64,000 bases of DNA from positions 4,800,001 through 4,864,000 of the forward strand of contig OZ223209.1 of NCBI GenBank assembly GCA_965140415.1. Direction: 5' to 3'. The notes beneath the pieces were generated by a model that was not told where the DNA came from, ran no database searches, and saw only the letters and a program-made list of their open reading frames with translations. Position numbers and translations under genes: made by a program. Origin of the DNA: Myxococcota bacterium (GTDB lineage Bacteria; Myxococcota_A; SURF-8). Of this stretch, positions 31,769 to 41,568 are shown one piece after another (positions within the stretch are counted from its first letter, which is position 1; every line of letters starts with the position of its first letter).

Positions 31769-31791
31769 TTGCTGCATTGCCGCTTTTTCAG

Positions 31792-31824
31792 CCGCCGCCT
31801 TTTATCGGGCGGCGGTTTTTATTT
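31792..31824 (+). terminator. Rho-independent terminator
   Basis: ccgccgcc / ggcggcgg stem followed by tttttattt. Confidence 0.8.
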
Positions 31825-31855
31825 GCAATCTCATTTTCATATGCTCAAAAAACGG

Positions 31856-31886
31856 TTGACTTTCCATCGTATCGATGGAACAATAT
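31856..31886 (+). promoter_or_regulatory. Promoter with an inverted repeat filling the -35/-10 spacer
   Basis: TTGACT then TTCCATCG-tat-CGATGGAA, then AACAAT/CAATAT. Confidence 0.55.
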
Positions 31887-31937
31887 CAATACGACTCGCC
31901 ACATTTACATTCACCAACTCAACATTTGGGGACAATC

Positions 31938-32846
31938 ATGTCTAAAATCAACGTGTTGCTTATCTTCGCGCTATTTACCCTTTTGCTGTTTCCATCCTGC
32001 TCGGAAGATGACGACAACTCACCCGATGGCGATAGCGATACATCAATAACCGACGGCGACGGAGAAAGCAGTCTCGATGGAGACACCGAAGTAGATGGCG
32101 ACAGCACAGTGACCGTTCACACCTGCGACGAAGCCTCGCCTTATGCCTTTACAACAGATACTGCCGTATTCGAAGGCTGGCAAGACGACTGCCGCAATTT
32201 CGAGGCGGTTTACAACGACCCGGAATTGACGGAATATCACCAGCAGATGGGCTATACCTGCTCACCGGTGCGGCTGAAACTGGAAGGCATCGGCGAAACG
32301 GTCTTTTGCGAAGTGGCCCGCGACGGCGCAACCGCCAGCGAAAGTTATTCCTGGCTCGGCCCGGGTTATGGCTGCGCCTGGGGACCGTCGGGCGGCGACG
32401 TGCGCACCGGCTGGCAGGCGGATGTGGGCGTCAACGATGCGGTTTGCCTCGGTGCCTGGACCGAACAGACGGCTCAAGTTCTGTTTGAACGCCATCAGCC
32501 GGAAACGAATTGTGAAGACATCGACGATTTACAGACCTGCATCACGGCACATCATCCACCTTATCACTGCAAACCGGTTTTCTCCTGGCCGATCGAATGG
32601 GATCAGGAAGAGTGCAACGTGCGCGGCTCAGAAGATCGCGTGGGAGCAGAACTGGACGAAGCGGAATTTCTGGCTTGCCGCACGGTCAAAGAAAACCACG
32701 ACAATTCAGATAATCACAGCGGAGAATCCTTCTTGGGGACGATTAAAAACGATCAGAGCGGCGTTTGTGTCGGAATTTCGGAATTTACCGGTTCCATTCC
32801 GGAAGGGTGGACAATCGTAAATTGCGATGACTGCACCACCCGCTAG
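31938..32846 (+). CDS. Hypothetical Cys-rich lipoprotein with DGD-rich tether
   Basis: Hydrophobic signal ending FPSC, DGD repeats, many Cys; no recognisable family. Confidence 0.7.
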   Translation: MSKINVLLIFALFTLLLFPSCSEDDDNSPDGDSDTSITDGDGESSLDGDTEVDGDSTVTVHTCDEASPYAFTTDTAVFEGWQDDCRNFEAVYNDPELTEYHQQMGYTCSPVRLKLEGIGETVFCEVARDGATASESYSWLGPGYGCAWGPSGGDVRTGWQADVGVNDAVCLGAWTEQTAQVLFERHQPETNCEDIDDLQTCITAHHPPYHCKPVFSWPIEWDQEECNVRGSEDRVGAELDEAEFLACRTVKENHDNSDNHSGESFLGTIKNDQSGVCVGISEFTGSIPEGWTIVNCDDCTTR

Positions 32847-32858
32847 CAAGGGGAGAAA

Positions 32859-33464
32859 TTATTCGATCATGCCCAGATTGCGTAGCATGCTTTCATTGGG
32901 CTCCAGATCGGGGAAAAGACCCGTCAAACTCTCGATGAGTTGCTTCAAGTCGAACGGTTTGGCCAGCACCGCATCCGCACCCAGGCGACGCATCTCCTCG
33001 ATCGCTTCCGGATAACCGGAAATCGCAAGAATTTTAACATTCTGGGTCGTCTCACCGCGTCGAATCGAAGCCAATACTTCCTTACCGTCGATGCGCGGCA
33101 TAAAGACATCAAGAATCACCAGGTCCGGAGCATGTGACCCGAGTTTCAAAATCGCATCGTAGCCGTTATTTTCCGTTTCAATTTCGATGCCTTCGAAGAG
33201 TTTATCCAAGGCGCGGCGTGTAAAGTCCAACACCGTGGGATCATCATCGACAATCATGACATCCAGTGCCGAAGAAATGATGCTACTATCGAGTTGGTGT
33301 TTTTCCATAAACGCCAGCAGATCTTCATACGTGACCTTCCAACCGCCCGTGATCGGGTGCTGAATGGCAGGAATGACACCCGTCTTAAAATAATGAGTTA
33401 CGGTTCGGCGTGGAATATCAAGCAGTTTTGAAATTTCGGTTCCGGAATAGGTGACCTTCTTCAT
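32859..33464 (-). CDS. Response regulator with N-terminal excisionase/MerR-like HTH and C-terminal receiver
   Basis: YSGTEISKLLDIPRRTV...G.IPA HTH; receiver IVDDD, LDVFMP, ISG, KPF all intact. Confidence 0.85.
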   Translation of the reverse strand: MKKVTYSGTEISKLLDIPRRTVTHYFKTGVIPAIQHPITGGWKVTYEDLLAFMEKHQLDSSIISSALDVMIVDDDPTVLDFTRRALDKLFEGIEIETENNGYDAILKLGSHAPDLVILDVFMPRIDGKEVLASIRRGETTQNVKILAISGYPEAIEEMRRLGADAVLAKPFDLKQLIESLTGLFPDLEPNESMLRNLGMIE

Positions 33465-33752
33465 TCTAATACTCTCCTATCCAACAACAACAAATCGCGG
33501 CACCGTGGCAAACCGGCGCTTATCAGTGAGCGCAGTATATCAGAAACATTTGTTTGCTCCAACACTATTCTGCTTTTTTGCCGATATGCCGGAGTGATTT
33601 TTTTTCATTATTTCTGTTATTGCAACTTCAGGGAGAAAAGAAGAAACGAACAGAAAATGCTTACTATTTGTACAACCTCCACCACAATCTGGAGAATTTT
33701 ACCCTATGGCAAAGAATGGTCTGTAGTCACAGGTACATACAGGCAAAAACGG

Positions 33753-36140
33753 TCAACTTCGATTGATAGCCTGCTCCAGGCGATGCTGCGTTTCTTCCGT
33801 GCCCAGCAGGGAAAGAAATCCCTCTCGCTCCAGTTCCAGCAAGGGTTCCTGTCCAATACGATCAGCAGAACTGACCTCACCGCCAGTAACCACTTTTGCC
33901 AAGTTCAACCCGACTTGCACATCATGTTCGTTGATCCGGCCCTTCCAATGCATCTCTTTCAACTGCTGCGAAATCACAATCGCCCCACCCGGTCCGGGTA
34001 GATTCATCGGATAGACGGGCGGTGGCCGATAACCACTGGAAATCAATTCCAGAACCAATTGCTTACTGTCGGCAAGTACCCGGTCCAATCCCATTGAGAT
34101 ATTATCGCCTCTGCGTAAAAATCCCATACGGCGTGCTTCGAAAGCTCCTTTGGCCCTCTGCGCGTGGAAGATGTGATCGAAGGCATATTGCGCCAACGGA
34201 TGCGGACCGTTGATCTGTACCCGCTCCAAGGCGCGATACAGCATTTCCTTGCAACCACCGCCGACGGGAATCAGGCCGAGTTGAGTTTCCGTCAAACCCA
34301 GGGTGGTATCGGCATGGGCTTGCACGCGACCGCAATGCATTGCCAGTTCAAGCCCGCCACTGCGCACGTTTCCGGAAATGGCAGCCACCACAGGAAATGG
34401 ACTGGAGCGGATCGTACTATTGAATTTCTGGCGAAATACCAATGATTTCTCGATAGTTTCCCAATTCTGTGCTTTCGCTTCGCCTAACAGCCAGCGCAAC
34501 TCCAGCCTAGACGGAAATTGGCCGCTGCTGGAACCGAGCACCAATCCCCGCAATCCGAGCGATATCACTTTTTCGTACATCCGCATCATGGCGGAAACGA
34601 ATTTGTCGCCGTAATAAGGCGGTTCACCATTCGGCAGGATTAGATCCAAACAGCCGACACCGTTTCCAAGGTCGTACAATAACGTGCCGTAATCCTCGGC
34701 GATGTCACCACTGCTGCTGCGAATTTCACTAAGCCGGATTTCCCCGGCGGGCATATGTACAGTAACCTGTTCCTTTTTCTCCAAGTAGACCTGTCTGCGC
34801 TGACCGCCTTTCATGGAGTAGAAACTCTGGTCTTTTTCCAGTATCTTCGTAACTTGTTCGGGAATCTCCAACCCATCTTTGGCCATACGCTCGGCGATTT
34901 GGGCCACCCCCAGCGCATCCCAGATTTCAAACGGTCCCAGATTCCAATTGTATCCCCAGCGCAATGCGCGATCGATCACGATTGGGTAATCGGAAATTTC
35001 ACCCAGAAGCGAAGCCGAATAAGCAAGCGTATCGCGCAGCAATTCCCAGGCGTAGCGTGCCCCCTCATCGTCACCTGCCATCAGCTTTCTCAAACGACGC
35101 CCCATGTCCTCGTCAGCCAGCGCCTTCGTAACAGAGGGGTAAAAGTCGGGTTTCTGTGGAACATATTCCATTGATCCATGCGCCAACGCCAACCTGCCGG
35201 GGCTGTCGTTGTCGGCGGGATGTTGGTAGAATCCGTGCCCCACCTTGTGGCCCAAATAGCGTTGTCGAAGCAAGTCGCGCAGTCTATCGGAGGGTTTGAA
35301 ATGATCGCGCCAGGCATCTTCAGGCAGCATGGCGTACATGCTCTCTAGAAACGCATTGAAGGAATCCACCCCCAAATAATCAATGGTACGATACGTTCCC
35401 GATGACGCTCGCGTAAGTGCCTGCCCGGTCAACAGATCACAGGTTACTACGGACATCCCACGCTCTTCCGCTTTTTGCATAGCGGTAGCCAGTCCGAACA
35501 AGCCGATGCGATTCGCAATAAATCCCGGCGTATCGCGAGCGATCAGCACACCTTTTCCCAAAGCATGCGCTCCGAAGTCCTGCATTTTATCCAGCAGATT
35601 ACCATCGGTTTGATGGCAGGGAACCAGTTCCAATAACCGAGTACGACGCACCGGATTAAAAAAGTGAGTAATCATAAAGCGGTTGGCAAAGGAATCGCTG
35701 CGCCCTTGCACCAACCGTTCGGCCTGAATTGTGGAAGTGATCGAACTGATCACGGCATCGGGGCGAATGTGCGGACCGACCTTGTCATAGGTGGCGCGTT
35801 TAACCTCCAACACTTCCGGCACCGCTTCCAGTACCCAGTCGCAATCTTCTATCAGATGGCGGTCGTCCACCAAATTTCCACAGGTCACCCGGCGGCGACT
35901 GTACGGATCGATGAAAGCACCGCGAGCGAACGCATCATCAACTGCCTGTTCGGCGGTGCGGTTGCGCCATTGAAGAGAATTCCGTGAAATACCGTTCTGA
36001 AGATCCTCATTTGAAGGCTCCGCCGGCGGCAGCATGTCAATCAATAGAATTTCGATTCCGGCACTGGCCAATAAGGCAGCCAGGCTTGATCCCATCCATC
36101 CCGCTCCGATGATTGCAGCTCGTTCGATGTCGAAACTCAT
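33753..36140 (-). CDS. fadN: FadN-like 3-hydroxyacyl-CoA dehydrogenase / enoyl-CoA hydratase fusion (divergent)
   Basis: GAGWMG, EAVPE...K, HFFNP, DTPGFIANRIG, GYNW.LGPFE.WD, crotonase GGLEL and TETQLGLIP.GGG. Confidence 0.85.
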   Translation of the reverse strand: MSFDIERAAIIGAGWMGSSLAALLASAGIEILLIDMLPPAEPSNEDLQNGISRNSLQWRNRTAEQAVDDAFARGAFIDPYSRRRVTCGNLVDDRHLIEDCDWVLEAVPEVLEVKRATYDKVGPHIRPDAVISSITSTIQAERLVQGRSDSFANRFMITHFFNPVRRTRLLELVPCHQTDGNLLDKMQDFGAHALGKGVLIARDTPGFIANRIGLFGLATAMQKAEERGMSVVTCDLLTGQALTRASSGTYRTIDYLGVDSFNAFLESMYAMLPEDAWRDHFKPSDRLRDLLRQRYLGHKVGHGFYQHPADNDSPGRLALAHGSMEYVPQKPDFYPSVTKALADEDMGRRLRKLMAGDDEGARYAWELLRDTLAYSASLLGEISDYPIVIDRALRWGYNWNLGPFEIWDALGVAQIAERMAKDGLEIPEQVTKILEKDQSFYSMKGGQRRQVYLEKKEQVTVHMPAGEIRLSEIRSSSGDIAEDYGTLLYDLGNGVGCLDLILPNGEPPYYGDKFVSAMMRMYEKVISLGLRGLVLGSSSGQFPSRLELRWLLGEAKAQNWETIEKSLVFRQKFNSTIRSSPFPVVAAISGNVRSGGLELAMHCGRVQAHADTTLGLTETQLGLIPVGGGCKEMLYRALERVQINGPHPLAQYAFDHIFHAQRAKGAFEARRMGFLRRGDNISMGLDRVLADSKQLVLELISSGYRPPPVYPMNLPGPGGAIVISQQLKEMHWKGRINEHDVQVGLNLAKVVTGGEVSSADRIGQEPLLELEREGFLSLLGTEETQHRLEQAINRS

Positions 36141-36153
36141 GCGCCCTCCGTGG

Positions 36154-37317
36154 CTATGACTGGCGTTCGATCACAAGCGCTTCTCCCTGGCCACCGAATA
36201 CACCCATGGTCAGCAGACCGAACTGTTGCTGACGCTGCTGCAATGCATGGGTTAACGTCACCAGCATACGCGCGCCCTCCGCACCGGTCGAATATCCCAG
36301 CGCGATCGAGCCACCATGGGGATTGACGCGGGAAATGTCGTGAATGTCCAATTGTTTGATGCAGCTTATGGCGCTAGCCGCGTGGCGCTCGTTGATTTCG
36401 AACACATCGACCTGATCCAAGCTCAATTCGGCTCGTTCCAATGCCCGCTTAGAGGAAGTGACAGCGGCCTGCACCGGCAGTTCCGGTGCACATCCGGCCA
36501 AAGCATAGCCGCGTATGCGAGCCAGCGGCGACACGCCCATCTTTTCGGCGGCCTCTTCGGACATCAACACAACCACAGCAGCGGCATCGCTGTCTACAGC
36601 GGAATTTCCGGTTGTGACCGTACCACCGGCCATGCAATATGGCGGCAGCTTGCCTAAATCGAACTCCTGGACTTCCTGCGGGTTTTCGTCTCGCAGCACG
36701 ATGCGATCCGCCCCTTTGCCTTGCTCCAGTTGAATCGGAACGACTTCCGTGGAGAAAAGCCCCTCCGACCAGGCTTTCAATGCCTTATTGTGCGATAAAG
36801 CCGCAAAACCATCTTGTTCTTTCCGGCTGATACCGTATTTATTGGCCGTGTTTTCCGCGCTGACACCCATCGGTGTCAATGCCTCGGGATAAACACTCAA
36901 CAAGTGAGGCGACAAGCTGGGATTAAAGCCCCCATTTGGCAACCGCGTCATGGATTCCACTCCGCCAGCCACAAAAATATCACCGAAACCGGCCTGAATG
37001 GAAGCCGCAGCATGCATCACCGCACTGAGTGAAGAAGCCCCATGGCGGCTGATGGTCGCAGCAGGAACCTGCACCGGGATTCCCGCCATAAGGGAAGAGC
37101 TTCGGGCAATATTCAACCCTTGTTCGCCTTCCGGAGTGCCACAGCCGATTAGCACGTCTTCGATGGTCTGCCAGTCGATTTGCGGCGTTCTGGCCAAGGC
37201 TTCCTTCAAGATGGAACTGAGAAGCATATCGGGACGATGGCCCGCGAATCGGCCTGTACCGGCTTTGCAGATCGGCGAACGCGTCGCCGAAACAATCACC
37301 ACATTTTTCATGGACAT
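36154..37317 (-). CDS. Thiolase-fold protein lacking canonical catalytic residues
   Basis: Full thiolase scaffold (PEGEQGLNIAR, AGGVESMT, GTVTTGNS..SD.AA, VNPHGGSIALG), but SRHGASS, NERHA, GYSTG and TMGVFGGQG at the catalytic positions. Confidence 0.85.
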   Translation of the reverse strand: MSMKNVVIVSATRSPICKAGTGRFAGHRPDMLLSSILKEALARTPQIDWQTIEDVLIGCGTPEGEQGLNIARSSSLMAGIPVQVPAATISRHGASSLSAVMHAAASIQAGFGDIFVAGGVESMTRLPNGGFNPSLSPHLLSVYPEALTPMGVSAENTANKYGISRKEQDGFAALSHNKALKAWSEGLFSTEVVPIQLEQGKGADRIVLRDENPQEVQEFDLGKLPPYCMAGGTVTTGNSAVDSDAAAVVVLMSEEAAEKMGVSPLARIRGYALAGCAPELPVQAAVTSSKRALERAELSLDQVDVFEINERHAASAISCIKQLDIHDISRVNPHGGSIALGYSTGAEGARMLVTLTHALQQRQQQFGLLTMGVFGGQGEALVIERQS

Positions 37318-37538
37318 TTTCCCTGCTGCTTAGATACTCCATTGGTCTGATCGTTGCAATTACCCTTTTGTTTATTACCAGATGCGCAGCCCGGACACAA
37401 GGGAAAGCTGAGTTGTTCTGTCGTCTGTAACAGAAAATCCCAGGTCGCTCCCGACGATGAAAGCGCTTTACACGGCTTTGGCTTTCCGCTACAACCGAGG
37501 CAGAGCACGAACCCTGTAGTCTAAGCATCGAGGACAGG

Positions 37539-38897
37539 ATGACCGATCTGTTTGAACATTCATTGAATGAATCGACCGAAGATGGCCCATTGGCGGCACG
37601 TATGCGCCCTCGCTCGCTGGCGGATTTCGTCGGCCAGGAACATATCGTTGGCGAAGGGAAATTCCTGCGTACAATGATCGCCCGCGATCAAATCCCCTCC
37701 CTGCTGTTCTGGGGACCGCCCGGATCGGGGAAAACCACTTTAGCCAGCGTAATCGCCAAAACCACGCGCTCGGATTTCCGTTTCTTTTCCGCGGTGTTAG
37801 GATCGATAAAGGAAGTCCGTGCTCTCATTGCCGAAGCACGGGAACGGAAAAAGTTCTTCAAGCGCCGCACGATTCTGTTCGTCGACGAGATCCATCGCTT
37901 CAATAAAGCCCAGCAGGACGCATTCCTGCCGCACGTCGAGCGGGGTACCATCACGTTGATCGGGGCAACCACCGAAAACCCCAGTTTCGAGGTAAACGCC
38001 GCGCTGCTGTCACGGATGAAAGTGCTGACGCTCAAGGCATTGAGTGCAGAACAGGTGGGCATCCTGGTGGAACGAGCACTTGCCGATGAAGCGCGCGGAT
38101 TGGGGAAGCTGGGTTTGCACCTGACCGATGAAGCCCGTCAATTGCTGACCCAAGCGGCGGAAGGCGATGCCAGACGGGCATTGACCACGCTGGAATCGGC
38201 GGCGGAATTAGCTCAGGCCAAGGGACATGACCTCATCGACGAGGAAATCGTGCGCGAAGCGCATCAGCGGCGTATGCTCAATTACGACAAATCGGGCGAA
38301 GAGCATTACAACATCGTTTCCGCGTTCATCAAAAGCCTGCGCGGCTCAGACCCGGATGCAGCCGTATATTGGATGACCCGAATGCTGGAGGCGGGGGAAG
38401 ACCCACTGTTTATCCTGCGTCGGATGGTCATTTTCGCCTCGGAAGATATCGGCTCTGCCGATCCGCTGGCGCTGCAAACGGCCATAGCAGCAACGGATTC
38501 CTTCCGCTTTATCGGCATGCCGGAGGGCGTACTGCCGATGAGCCAAGCCGCCACCTATCTGGCCTGCGCTCCGAAATCCAATAGCGCCTTGAAAGCCTAT
38601 ACCCGTGCGTTGAGCGACGTAAAACAGCATGGTGCCCTACCCACCCCCTTGCACATTCGCAACGCCCCAACCAAATTGATGAAATCACTGGGGTACGGCA
38701 AGGCCTACAAATATCCTCACAATTACGAAGGCCATTACGTACCGGAAAACTACCTGCCCGACGAATTGAAAGGGCGGCGCTATTACGAACCTTCCGAGCA
38801 AGGGATTGAAGCAACCATTAAACAGCGGCTGGATTCCTTGCGCGATGTAGAGGTTGCCTCCCCTTCCGAAGACGATTGGAAACCCGACCACGAATGA
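37539..38897 (+). CDS. rarA: Replication-associated recombination protein A (AAA+)
   Basis: PLAARMRP, WGPPGSGKTT, DEIHRFNKAQQD, ATTENPSF, SAFIKSLRGSDPD, EDIG. Confidence 0.96.
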   Translation: MTDLFEHSLNESTEDGPLAARMRPRSLADFVGQEHIVGEGKFLRTMIARDQIPSLLFWGPPGSGKTTLASVIAKTTRSDFRFFSAVLGSIKEVRALIAEARERKKFFKRRTILFVDEIHRFNKAQQDAFLPHVERGTITLIGATTENPSFEVNAALLSRMKVLTLKALSAEQVGILVERALADEARGLGKLGLHLTDEARQLLTQAAEGDARRALTTLESAAELAQAKGHDLIDEEIVREAHQRRMLNYDKSGEEHYNIVSAFIKSLRGSDPDAAVYWMTRMLEAGEDPLFILRRMVIFASEDIGSADPLALQTAIAATDSFRFIGMPEGVLPMSQAATYLACAPKSNSALKAYTRALSDVKQHGALPTPLHIRNAPTKLMKSLGYGKAYKYPHNYEGHYVPENYLPDELKGRRYYEPSEQGIEATIKQRLDSLRDVEVASPSEDDWKPDHE

Positions 38898-39014
38898 TTC
38901 CATCTGCTTTTTTGTGGTGTTGGCACCTGTGATCGGATACTATGTTTGTAAGGGAGTCGGGATCCGTGCACATGCGGGAGTGGAAGCAATTCCCCTTTTT
39001 CAGGAGAAAACATA

Positions 39015-39377
39015 ATGGCGCTGTTCAAGAAGAGCGTACCCAAAAAGCTGCCTAAATCCAATCTGTTAAAAGCCTATCAGATGCTGCTTGCCACTACGGT
39101 CGAGGTGCAGGAAATCCTATCGCAAGTGCGTAACGACATCCAACTGACCGACATTACGGAAACACGTCGCCTGCTACTGCAACTGGCGAGTAAAATCACT
39201 TTGGTTTTAAAACTGGAGAAGGAACCGGACAAAGCCTGGCCGGTGTTAAACGAATGTCCCGATATCATTAAGAAACTCAAGAAAAAAATGGCTTTGCTGC
39301 TGTCCGTCCCCTCAATCGACCAGCGCCGTATGCAGAATATGATCAACAAAATCAATAAAATCAGTGAGTTGGTCTAA
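39015..39377 (+). CDS. Hypothetical basic helical protein
   Basis: CAGGAG RBS, 120-aa ORF filling the gap, Leu/Lys-rich amphipathic helices. Confidence 0.65.
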   Translation: MALFKKSVPKKLPKSNLLKAYQMLLATTVEVQEILSQVRNDIQLTDITETRRLLLQLASKITLVLKLEKEPDKAWPVLNECPDIIKKLKKKMALLLSVPSIDQRRMQNMINKINKISELV

Positions 39378-39547
39378 TCCATCACGGATCATGAAGATTG
39401 GTAGTGGTTCTTGCGGGAATTATTGAAAGGTCAACCCGTTCTCCTAAACCACCCTCCCTTGATTTTCCCAGGCTTTCCCACCGCTTTGTATTTGGATAGC
39501 TTGCCGAATTTGTGGTATCCTCGCGACGTAATTTTGGAGGAAAGATC

Positions 39548-40315
39548 ATGCTGCTGGTCATTGATGTAGGCAATACCAATATCGTATTGGGCCTTTTTGA
39601 AGGGAACCGCCTGTTGCACAACTGGCGGATCGCCACCAAGAAAAATAAAACTGACGACGAATTCGGCATCCAGATTCGCCAGTTATTCCAGGCCGTTGGT
39701 CTTACGGAACCACAATTGGACAGCATTGCCATGGCCAGTGTCGTTCCACCGGTCAATGCCGTACTGGAAGCAGCGCTGAAAAAGTACTTTCATTTACAGC
39801 CGTTGGTCGTCGGTCCCGGCATCAAAACCGGGATGCCGATTCTCTACGACAACCCCAGGGAAGTCGGCGCGGATCGCATCGTCAACAGCGTCGGTGCCTA
39901 TGAAAAATGGCAACAAGGCTTGATCGTTGTGGACTTCGGCACCGCCACCACCTTCGACTGCGTCTCCCCGGAAGGGGAATACATGGGCGGCTGCATCTGT
40001 CCGGGCATCGGCATCAGCGCCGAGGCGCTTTTCATCCGGGCTTCCAAACTGCCGCGCGTGGAATTCTCCCCGCCGCCACACACGTTGGGGAAAAACACGG
40101 TGGATTCCATCCGCTCCGGACTGGTGTATGGTTATGTGGGTCTGGTTGACGGCATGGTGAAACGCCTGGTTTCGGAAATGGACTTCTCCCCCAAAGTGAT
40201 CGCCACCGGCGGCGAAGCAACAGTCATCGCCAAACATAGTGAAACAATCGAGGAAGTGGATCATACTCTGACCCTGCATGGATTGAGGATTATCGATGGA
40301 CTCAACCGAAAATAA
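39548..40315 (+). CDS. coaX: Type III pantothenate kinase
   Basis: IDVGNTN, ASVVP, EVGADR, VDFGTATTFD, GG.I.PG, IATGG, LTL.GL. Confidence 0.97.
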   Translation: MLLVIDVGNTNIVLGLFEGNRLLHNWRIATKKNKTDDEFGIQIRQLFQAVGLTEPQLDSIAMASVVPPVNAVLEAALKKYFHLQPLVVGPGIKTGMPILYDNPREVGADRIVNSVGAYEKWQQGLIVVDFGTATTFDCVSPEGEYMGGCICPGIGISAEALFIRASKLPRVEFSPPPHTLGKNTVDSIRSGLVYGYVGLVDGMVKRLVSEMDFSPKVIATGGEATVIAKHSETIEEVDHTLTLHGLRIIDGLNRK

Positions 40316-41555
40316 GCAACCGGACACCGAAAGCACTCCCGTCGACGGTGAAAGCTATCTTGCTGAACTGGGTGGCGTAGAAATTATCTACCAGCCCTTG
40401 CCGGATTCGGAAATTCCGCAGGATATCCAAAAAAACCTGGCTCCTGCGGCGGACGATGGTCGGCGCATGGTGCTGGCGCGCAACTTGACCCCCTTGCCGC
40501 CGCGTCAGATGGGTCTGACGCTCTACTGCCTGATGAACGACCCAAATCCGGCAGTGCGCAATGCCGCCGAAGACAGCTTCGACGATCTGCCGCCGAACCT
40601 GATCCGAACCTTGGCGGCTCAGGATCTGCCCGCCAATATGCTGGATTATCTGGCACGGAATTTCCACTCGGAAAACGATGACGATCAAATATTGGAAACC
40701 ATCGTTTTAAACCGCGCCACCGGTGTTGATACCCTGCTGCTTTTGGTTCGCGTTTCTTCGCCGAGAATCCTGGATCTGATCGGAAACAACCAGGTCCGCC
40801 TGCAACAATCCCCGCAACTGATTTCGGAATTTCCGAAGAATCCGCGTGTGACCATCGCACAGCTCTCCCGCGTACTGGAATTCGGGCGGCGTCAGAACCT
40901 GATCACCATCGATCAGGAAAATTTGCTGATCGATCAATTCCTGGGCAAACGGGAACCGGAAAAAGAACCGATCAAGGTTGAAGAAGTCGTCAAGGAAGTG
41001 GTAACCGAATCCGGTGAAGTGGATTGGGAATTCCCCTCTTTTCTGACGGCGGACTTCGAAGCGGATATGGAACTGGATGCAGAAGCCAGCGCCATCGAAG
41101 AAAAGATTTCCTCCAAAGTGAATCTGCGCGATCTGGTGCGCACGATGAGCGTGCCCCAGAAAATGCGTCTGGCCGTACGCGGCAACATGGAAGCCCGCAA
41201 AATTCTGATCGAAGATTCGCTTTCGCTGGTGGCCAAGCAGGTTCTCAGCAGTCCGCGCATCACGAAAACGGAAATCGAACGTGCAGCGGAGTCGCGCACG
41301 GTGGATGCGGAAGTGCTCGAATTGATCGCAAAAGACGCCTCGGCCACGCGCAACTACGCCGTGCGACACGCCTTGGTCACCAATCCAAAAACGCCGTTAC
41401 CCATCGCCAACAAAATGATGAACACGCTGATGGAGCGCGACATCAAAATCATTTCAAAAAGCCGCGCGGTGCCGCAGGCGATTCAAAGTATCGCCCGCCA
41501 GAAAATCGACGCCCAGGAACAGCGCCGCAAAAAGCGCATGAAGAAGAAAAAATAG
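40296..41555 (+). CDS. Alpha-solenoid (HEAT/LRV-like repeat) hypothetical protein
   Basis: Repeated NP.T/P units (NPRVT, SPRIT, NPKTP), QKMRLAVRGNMEARKILI; overlaps the coaX stop. Confidence 0.65.
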   Translation: MDSTENKQPDTESTPVDGESYLAELGGVEIIYQPLPDSEIPQDIQKNLAPAADDGRRMVLARNLTPLPPRQMGLTLYCLMNDPNPAVRNAAEDSFDDLPPNLIRTLAAQDLPANMLDYLARNFHSENDDDQILETIVLNRATGVDTLLLLVRVSSPRILDLIGNNQVRLQQSPQLISEFPKNPRVTIAQLSRVLEFGRRQNLITIDQENLLIDQFLGKREPEKEPIKVEEVVKEVVTESGEVDWEFPSFLTADFEADMELDAEASAIEEKISSKVNLRDLVRTMSVPQKMRLAVRGNMEARKILIEDSLSLVAKQVLSSPRITKTEIERAAESRTVDAEVLELIAKDASATRNYAVRHALVTNPKTPLPIANKMMNTLMERDIKIISKSRAVPQAIQSIARQKIDAQEQRRKKRMKKKK

Positions 41556-41568
41556 AAAGCGAAACCGG

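Noticed and set aside
36154-37317. Calling the thiolase a simple pseudogene or an ordinary fadA
   Set aside because: There are no stops or frameshifts and the scaffold is conserved, so it is not an evident pseudogene; the catalytic residues are absent, so the fadA symbol was withheld.
37318-37538. Riboswitch or ncRNA in the thiolase/rarA divergent gap (also checked 33465-33752, 55114-55482 and 63535-63787)
   Set aside because: No recognisable aptamer consensus or tRNA arms by eye; an Rfam scan would be needed to exclude them fully.
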